Source: a virus
DNA: 40,393 nucleotides
IMG/VR virus record: IMGVR_UViG_3300023223_000157
Span: 1 to 40,393 of that record
Direction: 5' to 3' (one strand)
The position numbers were made by a program, and so were the translations under genes. The notes below the pieces were generated by a model. The model saw only the letters and a program-made list of their open reading frames with translations. It searched no databases and was not told where the DNA came from. The first letter of the stretch is position 1. Every line of letters begins with the position of its first letter. Shown one piece after another: positions 34,494 through 40,393 of this stretch.

Positions 34494-34550
34494 ATGGTAC
34501 ATTCACTATTAGATATAGTATTCACAGTAAAGCTAAAGCGGAAAACGTAG
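34494..34550 (+). pseudogene. Truncated 5' copy (18 codons) of the ORF 34882 family.
   Basis: TAGACTATGGTACATTCACTATTAGATATAGTATTCACAGTAAAG closely matches TAGACTATGGTTCACTCACTAATAGATATTGTATTCACGCTAAAG at 34876. The frame stops at TAG 34548. Confidence 0.55.
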
Positions 34551-34636
34551 CGACCGCTAAGCAACCGCCAAGCGAAAATGTAGCGGACGCTAAGCGAGTG
34601 TCTAGCGAAAACCTAGCCAATAAGAGAAGAAAAGAG
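34537..34636 (+). repeat. Three tandem 33/34-bp repeats; two carry the palindrome TAGCGnnCGCTA.
   Basis: Units start at 34537, 34571 and 34604. Palindromes lie at 34548-59 and 34581-92, with a degenerate third at 34614. A 31-nt polypurine tract follows (34622-34652). Confidence 0.7.
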
Positions 34637-34659
34637 AAGAGAAGAAAAAGAACAATAGC

Positions 34660-34878
34660 ATGGCCAAACCGAAAAGGAAGATAATGATCTGGATAGATGA
34701 AGTCACCGAAACACCTATGAGCTGGCATGGTGTAATTCGTCACTACTGGCCAGATGCCTCAGATGAACATTGCGAGTTTGTCCTATGGGAGTGTACCTGT
34801 TATCCATTTGACACAAAGACAGCACTCAAACAGCTATTCGATCTTTATAAGGAGGAACAGGAAGCAAACCAAAAATAG
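34660..34878 (+). CDS. Hypothetical protein (72 aa).
   Basis: Co-directional ORF. Cys/His-containing segment (HCEFVLWECTCYPF). Confidence 0.45.
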   Translation: MAKPKRKIMIWIDEVTETPMSWHGVIRHYWPDASDEHCEFVLWECTCYPFDTKTALKQLFDLYKEEQEANQK

Positions 34879-34881
34879 ACT

Positions 34882-35136
34882 ATGGTTCACTCACTAATAG
34901 ATATTGTATTCACGCTAAAGGCTCAACAAAACGATATGAGCTATAACTCAGCTATGGACTGGTACAATGAGAATGAGAACCCGAAGGAGGGATATGTTAC
35001 ACTTACATTCCATGTTGAGGGCCACCTTGTAGTGAAGGAACGATATGGTAGACGAGACTTTGAAAGGTATATTATTGTATGGTTAGAACGGTACGCAAAG
35101 AGCAAAAATGAAACAACGAAAATGAGATTATGGTAG
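34882..35136 (+). CDS. Hypothetical protein (84 aa), paralogue of ORF 33796.
   Basis: See ORF 33796. It is the intact copy of the sequence truncated at 34494. Confidence 0.5.
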   Translation: MVHSLIDIVFTLKAQQNDMSYNSAMDWYNENENPKEGYVTLTFHVEGHLVVKERYGRRDFERYIIVWLERYAKSKNETTKMRLW

Positions 35137-35321
35137 ACATGAGCGTAGCGAAAGTAGGGGACACGTTGGAGCCTTCAGATAATAGTCCGCTAAGAGGAGG
35201 TAGATACGAACCTTCTGTGTATGTGATAATAGGATTCAATGGTCCGTACATTATAATTCTACGTAATGGGATACATAAGTTTCGATCAGAACCATGTTAC
35301 TTTAAGCTAAAAGAGAAGTGA
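35130..35321 (+). CDS. Hypothetical protein (63 aa).
   Basis: Co-directional ORF. Confidence 0.4.
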   Translation: MVDMSVAKVGDTLEPSDNSPLRGGRYEPSVYVIIGFNGPYIIILRNGIHKFRSEPCYFKLKEK

Positions 35322-35382
35322 GAAACTACCGAAAAAGAGAGCGTTACGTAAACACCAAGCCCGTTACGCGTGATAAGCATGA

Positions 35383-35459
35383 GAATTGGGTGCTTTTGGA
35401 ATTGGGTGCTTTTAAATCTGTGGAGTAAAATAATACAGGCTATTTATTGGGTGCTATTT
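35383..35459 (+). repeat. Three copies of ATTGGGTGCTWTT upstream of the recombinase gene; the first two form a 16-bp tandem repeat.
   Basis: GAATTGGGTGCTTTTG (35383-98), GAATTGGGTGCTTTTA (35399-414), ATTGGGTGCTATTT (35446-59). Confidence 0.75.
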
Positions 35460-35507
35460 AATATTTCATTTATTTGCACACGTTAAATGGAATGAGTATA
35501 CTAGAAC

Positions 35508-36122
35508 ATGGAAAATGCAATTATACTGGCTAGGTGTTCAACCACTGAGGCCAAACAAGACGTAACAAGACAGACCACACAGCTAAGGAAAAAGTACAAG
35601 AATCAGTACAACATCGTTAAAGAGGTGGCATATTATCAATCTGGACTAAAGAATCAGGACAAGAATAGCGAGGTGCTCATGTATGTAGTAAATCACGATG
35701 TACAGCATATTATTGTGAGTGAGCTATCACGTATAAGTAGGCGTACAATAACTACCCTACAGTTTATAGAGACCTGTACAGAGGCTAAGGTGAATGTGAT
35801 TATAGATAACTATGGCCTGAATTCACTAACCGCTGAGAAGACCGTTAACGAGGTAACTCACATGATGCTAACCATCGGGGCCAGCTTTGCACAAATGGAG
35901 CTTAGAACAACTCTGGAGCGCCTACAGAGTGGTCGTAGGAAGTATATAGAAGATGGTGGAACGCTAGGTAGAAAGATCGGCAGCACTATCAGCGATTCGG
36001 ACTATTTAGAGAAGCATAAAGACGTACTGAAGGAACTAAAACTAGGCACCTCTATACGTAAGACAATGAAGATAACCGGTAAGTCTAGCACTACCGTAAA
36101 GAAGATCAAACGATTAATGTAG
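35508..36122 (+). CDS. Small serine recombinase (resolvase/invertase type, 204 aa) with a C-terminal HTH.
   Basis: Catalytic-Ser context AIILARCSTTEAKQD, SELSRISRR, E-helix FAQMELRTTLERLQSGRRK, and C-terminal IRKTMKITGKSSTTVKKI. Confidence 0.85.
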   Translation: MENAIILARCSTTEAKQDVTRQTTQLRKKYKNQYNIVKEVAYYQSGLKNQDKNSEVLMYVVNHDVQHIIVSELSRISRRTITTLQFIETCTEAKVNVIIDNYGLNSLTAEKTVNEVTHMMLTIGASFAQMELRTTLERLQSGRRKYIEDGGTLGRKIGSTISDSDYLEKHKDVLKELKLGTSIRKTMKITGKSSTTVKKIKRLM

Positions 36123-36126
36123 TACT

Positions 36127-36354
36127 ATGAATGTAACAATAAGACACACTGAGTGCGAGTCTACCTCAGAGCAGCATGAAGTGCTAATGACTGTAAATAG
36201 GAGGGAACTGTCAATGAGAGTCAATGTAATTGACGGCCTGTTCGATAGCTGTATAGAGTATCATACGGATGTTTGGAATTCCCTGACCCTTAAAGAAAAG
36301 GATGCTGTTAGGGTGTCACTGTCAATGAGGTTTAGCGAACCCACCCGTAAATAA
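36127..36354 (+). CDS. Hypothetical protein (75 aa).
   Basis: Co-directional ORF directly after the recombinase. Confidence 0.45.
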   Translation: MNVTIRHTECESTSEQHEVLMTVNRRELSMRVNVIDGLFDSCIEYHTDVWNSLTLKEKDAVRVSLSMRFSEPTRK

Positions 36355-36365
36355 GTAAACATGTA

Positions 36366-36397
36366 ATCCAACACAATGAAGATCCAACACAATGACC
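36366..36397 (+). repeat. 16-bp tandem repeat ATCCAACACAATGA(NN), two copies, spanning the start codon of ORF 36376.
   Basis: ATCCAACACAATGA at 36366-79 and 36382-95. Confidence 0.75.
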
Positions 36398-36612
36398 CAC
36401 CACCCAAAAGCAACCCCGGCAGAAAACGTGTACACCCTTGGTACGAAATGAAGGTGGGAGATAGCTGCCTAGTAGGCACAGAGTACAATCCTAAGCGTAT
36501 GGCTCGACTTTCTGCTATGGCTATCAGTGCAATGCGACAAAAGAGCTTAGACTGGAAGTTCTCATTTAGGAAGACTGAGGAGGGAGGCATACGGTGCTAC
36601 AGAATAAAATGA
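36376..36612 (+). CDS. Hypothetical protein (78 aa).
   Basis: Co-directional ORF. Confidence 0.45.
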   Translation: MKIQHNDPPPKSNPGRKRVHPWYEMKVGDSCLVGTEYNPKRMARLSAMAISAMRQKSLDWKFSFRKTEEGGIRCYRIK

Positions 36613-36613
36613 C

Positions 36614-36730
36614 ATGTTAGAGATCCTCCAGTACATGACTAGCAGCTTTGCTCATTTCATAGGCACCATCATAATTCTGTATGTCATTCAGGACGTGGTG
36701 TGTGACATCGTGAGAAGCTTTCGGGACTAA
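36614..36730 (+). CDS. Micro membrane protein (38 aa, below the track cutoff).
   Basis: Translates as MLEILQYMTSSFAHFIGTIIILYVIQDVVCDIVRSFRD. TAATG overlap with the next ORF. Confidence 0.35.
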   Translation: MLEILQYMTSSFAHFIGTIIILYVIQDVVCDIVRSFRD

Positions 36731-37023
36731 TGGAACTGCGCTACATCCATAACTGGCAGGTAACAGGCTCTAAGCTGCACAAAAAGCAGTTCCTCAGCTT
36801 GTTAATGCGTAACGGCATGAAGTCCTTTAATGGCCGTACTACTGTTAAGTATCTATTACTGGAAGGATCTGTAATACGTGGCATTGATCACAACCGTAAA
36901 CAGGTGAAGGGTAGCTATTTCATACACTCGGATAGTCTAGATGCAACCATGTTGCACTTCGATTTGGACACTATGGACGTGTTCTGGGTTCTCCAGTTCA
37001 TACTTACACCTAAAATTTCTTAG
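36730..37023 (+). CDS. Hypothetical protein (97 aa).
   Basis: Co-directional ORF. Confidence 0.45.
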   Translation: MELRYIHNWQVTGSKLHKKQFLSLLMRNGMKSFNGRTTVKYLLLEGSVIRGIDHNRKQVKGSYFIHSDSLDATMLHFDLDTMDVFWVLQFILTPKIS

Positions 37024-37032
37024 ATTAGTAGA

Positions 37033-37380
37033 ATGGAATTACGATTGTATAAGGGTAACTGGCTGATGGGTAACAAGCCATTTCAATGCGACATGAGCAC
37101 AGTGGCACTAGCACATTACCACTTTTGCGCTTATAAAGAAAACAGGTGGGCACCAATACCACTAACCAAGGAGTGGCTCATTAAGTTTCGGTTTGGTCTC
37201 AGAATGGATATGCCGCTTTTTGTTAAAGTGAGAGAACAGACATCCGAGCACATATTTTTCGAGAATGATCGTTATAAATATCGTTTAGCCGGAAATCGAT
37301 TCGTTGTAGTAAAACACGTCCACGATCTCCAGAACTTATACCATGCCCTAACCGGGGAGGAATTAACTATAACAAAATGA
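37033..37380 (+). CDS. Hypothetical protein (115 aa).
   Basis: Co-directional ORF with a C-terminal HVHDLQNLYHALTGEELTI motif. Confidence 0.45.
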   Translation: MELRLYKGNWLMGNKPFQCDMSTVALAHYHFCAYKENRWAPIPLTKEWLIKFRFGLRMDMPLFVKVREQTSEHIFFENDRYKYRLAGNRFVVVKHVHDLQNLYHALTGEELTITK

Positions 37381-37469
37381 ACGAAACAGTCTGGTATGTG
37401 CTATGGATAGCAGCTTGGTTAGGGCTAGGATACACCGCTGGTAGACGTAGAGACCGAAAAAAACCATGA
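37377..37469 (+). CDS. Micro membrane protein (30 aa).
   Basis: Translates as MNETVWYVLWIAAWLGLGYTAGRRRDRKKP. ATGA overlaps on both sides. Confidence 0.35.
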   Translation: MNETVWYVLWIAAWLGLGYTAGRRRDRKKP

Positions 37470-37633
37470 GTAACGAAACTATAATTTGGGTAATGGCTAT
37501 AGCGATTATCATACAGTCTACTATAATCTGGAGACTACAAAAACGTAAATTCAAAGAAGAACACCCAACTTTTGAAGAGCGACTCGAAGCCAAACTACAA
37601 GAAATCAAAGACCTAAAAGACAAATACCAATGA
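37466..37633 (+). CDS. Small membrane protein (55 aa); its N-terminus is paralogous to ORF 37377.
   Basis: Translates as MSNETIIWVMAIAIIIQSTIIW followed by a charged helix. ATGA overlaps on both sides. It replaces the spurious minus-strand ORF 37363-37641. Confidence 0.4.
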   Translation: MSNETIIWVMAIAIIIQSTIIWRLQKRKFKEEHPTFEERLEAKLQEIKDLKDKYQ

Positions 37634-37887
37634 CACCACAAAACATTAACAACATTACGGATCTCGTGCAGGGTATCGCTATCCTAATAATCATTTATCG
37701 GCAGTACAAGATCCTAAAGCAACTTAACAAGACAACGGATACAGTCATAAAGCTGATGGAGGTGCAAATCGATCATTTCGGAAAAGAGAATGAAGTCGTA
37801 GCACATGCGACTAAGATGATGAAAGAGGCAAATGGTCGGCTAAAAGCTGAGCAACTAAAAAGCGAACATGACAAGAGAACAGTTTAA
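37630..37887 (+). CDS. Single-pass membrane protein (85 aa).
   Basis: TM helix LVQGIAILIIIYRQY followed by a Lys/Glu-rich helix. Confidence 0.45.
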   Translation: MTPQNINNITDLVQGIAILIIIYRQYKILKQLNKTTDTVIKLMEVQIDHFGKENEVVAHATKMMKEANGRLKAEQLKSEHDKRTV

Positions 37888-38056
37888 CAACCTCGAAAAG
37901 GGGGATACCATTGTTTGGAATGATGGATCGCACCGGTTAGTATTGGAGGACCGTGAAGGCGTGTATATCAAAATGGAATCTAAATACGGTGACAAGATCC
38001 TGCCCTATAGCTATTACAGCATTAAGGACTTTGTAACCAAGGTAATCAAGTACTAG
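37868..38056 (+). CDS. Hypothetical protein (62 aa), tandem paralogue of ORF 38058.
   Basis: MTREQFNNLEKGDTIVWNDGSHRLVL aligns with MLTKDQFQKLKRGDVLKFDSGVNRIVL. Confidence 0.5.
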   Translation: MTREQFNNLEKGDTIVWNDGSHRLVLEDREGVYIKMESKYGDKILPYSYYSIKDFVTKVIKY

Positions 38057-38057
38057 C

Positions 38058-38273
38058 ATGCTCACAAAAGACCAATTCCAAAAGCTAAAGCGGGGTGATG
38101 TGCTAAAGTTCGATTCCGGGGTAAACCGTATAGTACTGTACCCACCCACCGCCCAGTATGTTATACTCAACAGGCTCCAGCGTCTAGGCGTTAACGGTCA
38201 AATGGGTGTGGTCTATGAATGGTCCGACATCAAAAACAAGTGTAGCCTACCGGATTCGGTAAGAGCTTACTAA
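38058..38273 (+). CDS. Hypothetical protein (71 aa), tandem paralogue of ORF 37868.
   Basis: See ORF 37868. Confidence 0.5.
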   Translation: MLTKDQFQKLKRGDVLKFDSGVNRIVLYPPTAQYVILNRLQRLGVNGQMGVVYEWSDIKNKCSLPDSVRAY

Positions 38274-38289
38274 ATACACACCAAATTTT

Positions 38290-38317
38290 CTATAGCCACT
38301 TCAGCGGGGTAGTATGC
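38290..38317 (+). promoter_or_regulatory. Copy 3 of the bipartite motif CTAYMGCCACTTC-N6-GTARYATGC.
   Basis: CTATAGCCACTTC (38290-302), 6 nt, GTAGTATGC (38309-17), then 4 nt to the ATG at 38322. Confidence 0.45.
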
Positions 38318-38321
38318 CCCT

Positions 38322-38843
38322 ATGAAAGTACAGGTAAAAGACAAATGGGACCACGTAACACTCCGGGAGTTCTGTGATTTACTGGCTGTTGACCGCGACC
38401 AGAGCCTAGCCAATCGGCCACAGGCAAAGAAATTCAAGTACATATCGATCTTATCCGGTAATTCAGAAAAGGATTGCCAACAACTATCCCACGACCAATT
38501 CGAAACATTAAAAAAGGCTGTCTCATTCGTAGAGACCAAGCCACCCACTAAAGAGCTTTCAGAAGTAGAGATCGAAGGGCGTATTTACAAAGCTTGCGAC
38601 CATAAAGCTCTTACAGCCGGTGAAATGATTTCATTCGAGCAGTATCTAATCGAGGGCGCTAACACTGGGCGCAACACATTACCAGACCAGCTCGGGATTC
38701 TACTCAGACCACTAGGCGTGAACGGCAAACCATTACCATTCGATACGGATACACTAGCAGCGCGTACAGAGCTGTTTTTAGATCACTTGACTGTCCCTTT
38801 TTTCTTTGGGTTGTTGATGACTTCCTCGCATTTAGAGAATTAA
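38322..38843 (+). CDS. Tail-assembly-chaperone-like protein (173 aa), the upstream partner of a -1 frameshift pair.
   Basis: The ORF contains a slippery run near its 3' end. The -1 frame is open from 38663 to 39100. Confidence 0.5.
   Translation: MKVQVKDKWDHVTLREFCDLLAVDRDQSLANRPQAKKFKYISILSGNSEKDCQQLSHDQFETLKKAVSFVETKPPTKELSEVEIEGRIYKACDHKALTAGEMISFEQYLIEGANTGRNTLPDQLGILLRPLGVNGKPLPFDTDTLAARTELFLDHLTVPFFFGLLMTSSHLEN
38795..38804 (+). other. Candidate -1 programmed ribosomal frameshift site.
   Basis: In the zero frame, GT[C CCT TTT] TTC gives two overlapping X_XXY_YYZ heptamers: C_CCT_TTT (38795-801) and T_TTT_TTC (38798-804). A 10-bp stem (38807-16 / 38851-60, two G-U pairs) starts 5-6 nt downstream. 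Confidence 0.5.
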
Positions 38844-39100
38844 TAAAGACCAGCAACCCGCATTTGTTCCCTAAACCTAAGTACGATAAGGAAGGGGAGC
38901 CAAAAGAGAAAGTAAAAACAGTAATCGACATCTACCTATGGATGGGATTTGTTGACAATGCAGCCGGAGGGAGGATACTTGACTATGCAGGGATCTATGA
39001 ACTCAATTGGGGCTACCTGTGCAGCATTCTAAACATGAAGATTAAACGAACAAAGGAGGAGAAACTAAAACGAGGCCATGGAAAAAAGAAGTCTAAATAA
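38801..39100 (+). CDS. -1 frame extension. The predicted fusion product is about 259 aa (38322-38801 joined to 38801-39100).
   Basis: The downstream ORF has no ATG start (the track uses TTG at 38864). It lies in the -1 frame relative to 38322 and overlaps it by 180 nt of open frame. Confidence 0.45.
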   Translation, partial: FLWVVDDFLAFRELIKTSNPHLFPKPKYDKEGEPKEKVKTVIDIYLWMGFVDNAAGGRILDYAGIYELNWGYLCSILNMKIKRTKEEKLKRGHGKKKSK

Positions 39101-39557
39101 TGTCACCGATGCGCTCATGGACTTTGCGGATAAGCACCGAATGATAAATGATTCATCACTCGGGCATGTGGCCAACCGTGGAACTAAGAACCAAGACGGT
39201 AGGCAACTGCTTTACCCGTACATGTGGATTGATTACTCCACGGTGACCTACGACATAGTACGCACCAAGGGGATCGGCTTTAAACTATACTCTATGCAAA
39301 TTTGCGTACTGGACAAGCATACGCCTAATGTTCGAAATAGCCCAGAGGTTATGAGCGACACCGAGGCAATACTGGCGGATGCGGTGCAGTTCTTTATGAC
39401 TTCTCAGGCCATTAAGGATTTCAGACTGGATCTAACCAACATAGTGGCCCAACCGGTTCGAGATGAGGATAAGGATGGAGTAGAGGGATGGTGTGCTACA
39501 CTCAATTTCAAAATACCGTATGCGTTCTGCGTGACGAGTTTACCTATAGCACCATGA
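39078..39557 (+). CDS. Virion structural-module protein (159 aa).
   Basis: Co-directional ORF in the tail module. Function not recognisable. Confidence 0.45.
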   Translation: MEKRSLNNVTDALMDFADKHRMINDSSLGHVANRGTKNQDGRQLLYPYMWIDYSTVTYDIVRTKGIGFKLYSMQICVLDKHTPNVRNSPEVMSDTEAILADAVQFFMTSQAIKDFRLDLTNIVAQPVRDEDKDGVEGWCATLNFKIPYAFCVTSLPIAP

Positions 39558-39667
39558 TGGACACACAAACAATATTGATTTTCATATTAACGTCAGTCGT
39601 GGGGTTCATATTGTTGAATTACTTAAACAACAGGGGAGGAAATAATGGCACTGGTCACGCGTGTTAA
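39554..39667 (+). CDS. Possible micro membrane protein (37 aa).
   Basis: Translates as MMDTQTILIFILTSVVGFILLNYLNN.... ATGA overlap upstream, but it overlaps ORF 39645 by 23 nt. Confidence 0.2.
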   Translation: MMDTQTILIFILTSVVGFILLNYLNNRGGNNGTGHAC

Positions 39668-40136
39668 TCGCTCCATAGAATCATTTGCGGATGAGTACGG
39701 TGAAGTGCTTAGCCAAATCCTGCGTAAGAATCTGGCCGATCAGAACAGCTTTGCTACCGGGGATCTGGTGGACTCGATATTCCATGATGTGAAAGCTTCT
39801 GACGGTAGAGCGGTGGTAGAAATTACCGCTAACTCATACCTACGTTGGATCGATCAGGGTAGAGATGAGGGAACATTACCAAACCTCACGGCCATATCTA
39901 AGTGGCTGAGTGTCAAGCTATTGCCACAAAGACTACTGTGGCCTATAGCGATGAACATAAAAAACGAGGGTATAGATGCAAAGCCAGTGATCGCTAGATC
40001 TGTGGAGGCAGCTACCCAGCAATTTCTACCAAGATACGAGGCCCAACTGGCTGAGCTAGTAGGGGTTGTATTGGTCAACGATATTTTTAATCGAACAACC
40101 ACAAAAGGGAAAATTGTGGCTAAAGAACTACTATAA
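39645..40136 (+). CDS. Virion structural-module protein (163 aa).
   Basis: Co-directional ORF. It is unusual here in being preceded by a GGAGG-like sequence (GGGGAGGAAATAATG). Confidence 0.45.
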   Translation: MALVTRVNRSIESFADEYGEVLSQILRKNLADQNSFATGDLVDSIFHDVKASDGRAVVEITANSYLRWIDQGRDEGTLPNLTAISKWLSVKLLPQRLLWPIAMNIKNEGIDAKPVIARSVEAATQQFLPRYEAQLAELVGVVLVNDIFNRTTTKGKIVAKELL

Positions 40137-40393
40137 TGGGAATACTAACAACACTACAGGAACCAGATGTGTTCCAACCGATACACAACCCCATGATGGT
40201 TTTGATGACTTCCAACGTGAGCACCAACCCGGGGTTTAAATACGTTTTTGAAATCACGGTAGGAGCTGAGACTAGAACTACTCGCATATCCCCACGGCCT
40301 ACAGATGGCCAAGGCGAGTTTGATCTGAGTAGACACCTACAGGATTTTTTGGATCTGGATGTCAGCGTTCCAACCACCGCGTCCATATTCCAA
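40136..40393 (+). CDS. 5' part of a junction-spanning virion (tail/baseplate module) protein. The full ORF is 40136-40249 joined to 1-1071, 394 aa.
   Basis: ATG at 40136 overlaps the TAA of the upstream ORF (TAATG). The frame stays open to the window end and matches the frame of the ORF ending at 1071 (the 40249 offset preserves frame). Confidence 0.7.
   Translation, partial: MGILTTLQEPDVFQPIHNPMMVLMTSNVSTNPGFKYVFEITVGAETRTTRISPRPTDGQGEFDLSRHLQDFLDLDVSVPTTASIFQ
40250..40393. repeat. Second copy of the 144-bp terminal overlap.
   Basis: Identical to 1-144. Confidence 0.95.

Noticed and set aside
34484-34684. 66-aa ORF with ENVATAK-like peptide repeats.
   Set aside because: It is not listed as a gene. 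Its repeats coincide with DNA palindromes and a polypurine tract, its start is buried in the duplicated gene-start segment, and its end overlaps ORF 34660. It is kept only as an alternative reading in the findings.
35508-36122. Evidence for a temperate lifestyle (integrase).
   Set aside because: The recombinase is a small resolvase/invertase type without the large C-terminal domain of phage serine integrases. No CI/Cro-like switch or attP-like core could be identified. Lifestyle is left open.
39630-39647. Shine-Dalgarno-like GGAGG upstream of ORF 39645, taken as a sign of a non-Bacteroidota host.
   Set aside because: This was the only clear SD-like sequence noticed. All other starts examined lack one, so it is treated as incidental.

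Overview
The window is a complete, circularly closed genome of a tailed dsDNA phage. Bases 1-144 are identical to 40250-40393, so the unique length is 40,249 bp, and one structural gene spans the junction. All credible genes are on the + strand, are tightly packed, and often overlap as ATGA or TAATG. Shine-Dalgarno sequences are essentially absent, and several intergenic regions carry the Bacteroidota sigma-A -7 box TAnnTTTG. A Bacteroidota (Flavobacteriia-like) host is therefore inferred, not proven.

Modules, in window order:
- Tail, baseplate and fibre genes (40136 through the junction to 9226).
- Two small membrane proteins, a small peptidase-like ORF and a 931-aa tape-measure-like protein (9229-12953).
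- Head module (12966-18699): XkdF-type protease, MuF-like/scaffold-like protein, capsid, portal.
- CHAP endolysin plus a unimolecular-spanin-like lipoprotein (18710-19749), followed by a strong terminator.
- Early recombination and replication module (19895-27395): ParB-like protein, RecT, a PD-(D/E)XK nuclease fused to an FtsK-like ATPase, VRR-NUC, initiator, DnaB.
- About 20 small early ORFs, including LuxR-type and other HTH regulators (27479-31916).
- Small and large terminase subunits (32016-33783).
- A 4.5-kb accessory island of tiny ORFs, repeats, paralogues and a small serine recombinase (33796-38273).
- A chaperone-like gene pair with a canonical -1 frameshift signal (38322-39100).

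Most interesting non-obvious signals:
1. A 540-bp non-coding hub (24536-25075) with promoter, structured-RNA and terminator units, including two paralogous RNA elements whose closing stems covary.
2. AACCATC iterons phased at 11-12 bp, both upstream of and inside the initiator gene.
3. A 28-nt bipartite motif present three times at module boundaries.
4. The frameshifted chaperone-like pair, which is not next to the tape-measure gene.
5. The serine-recombinase cassette bracketed by 16-bp tandem repeats.
6. A 33-bp tandem repeat carrying TAGCGnnCGCTA palindromes next to a truncated gene copy.

All functional calls come from motif recognition by eye. No database search was run.
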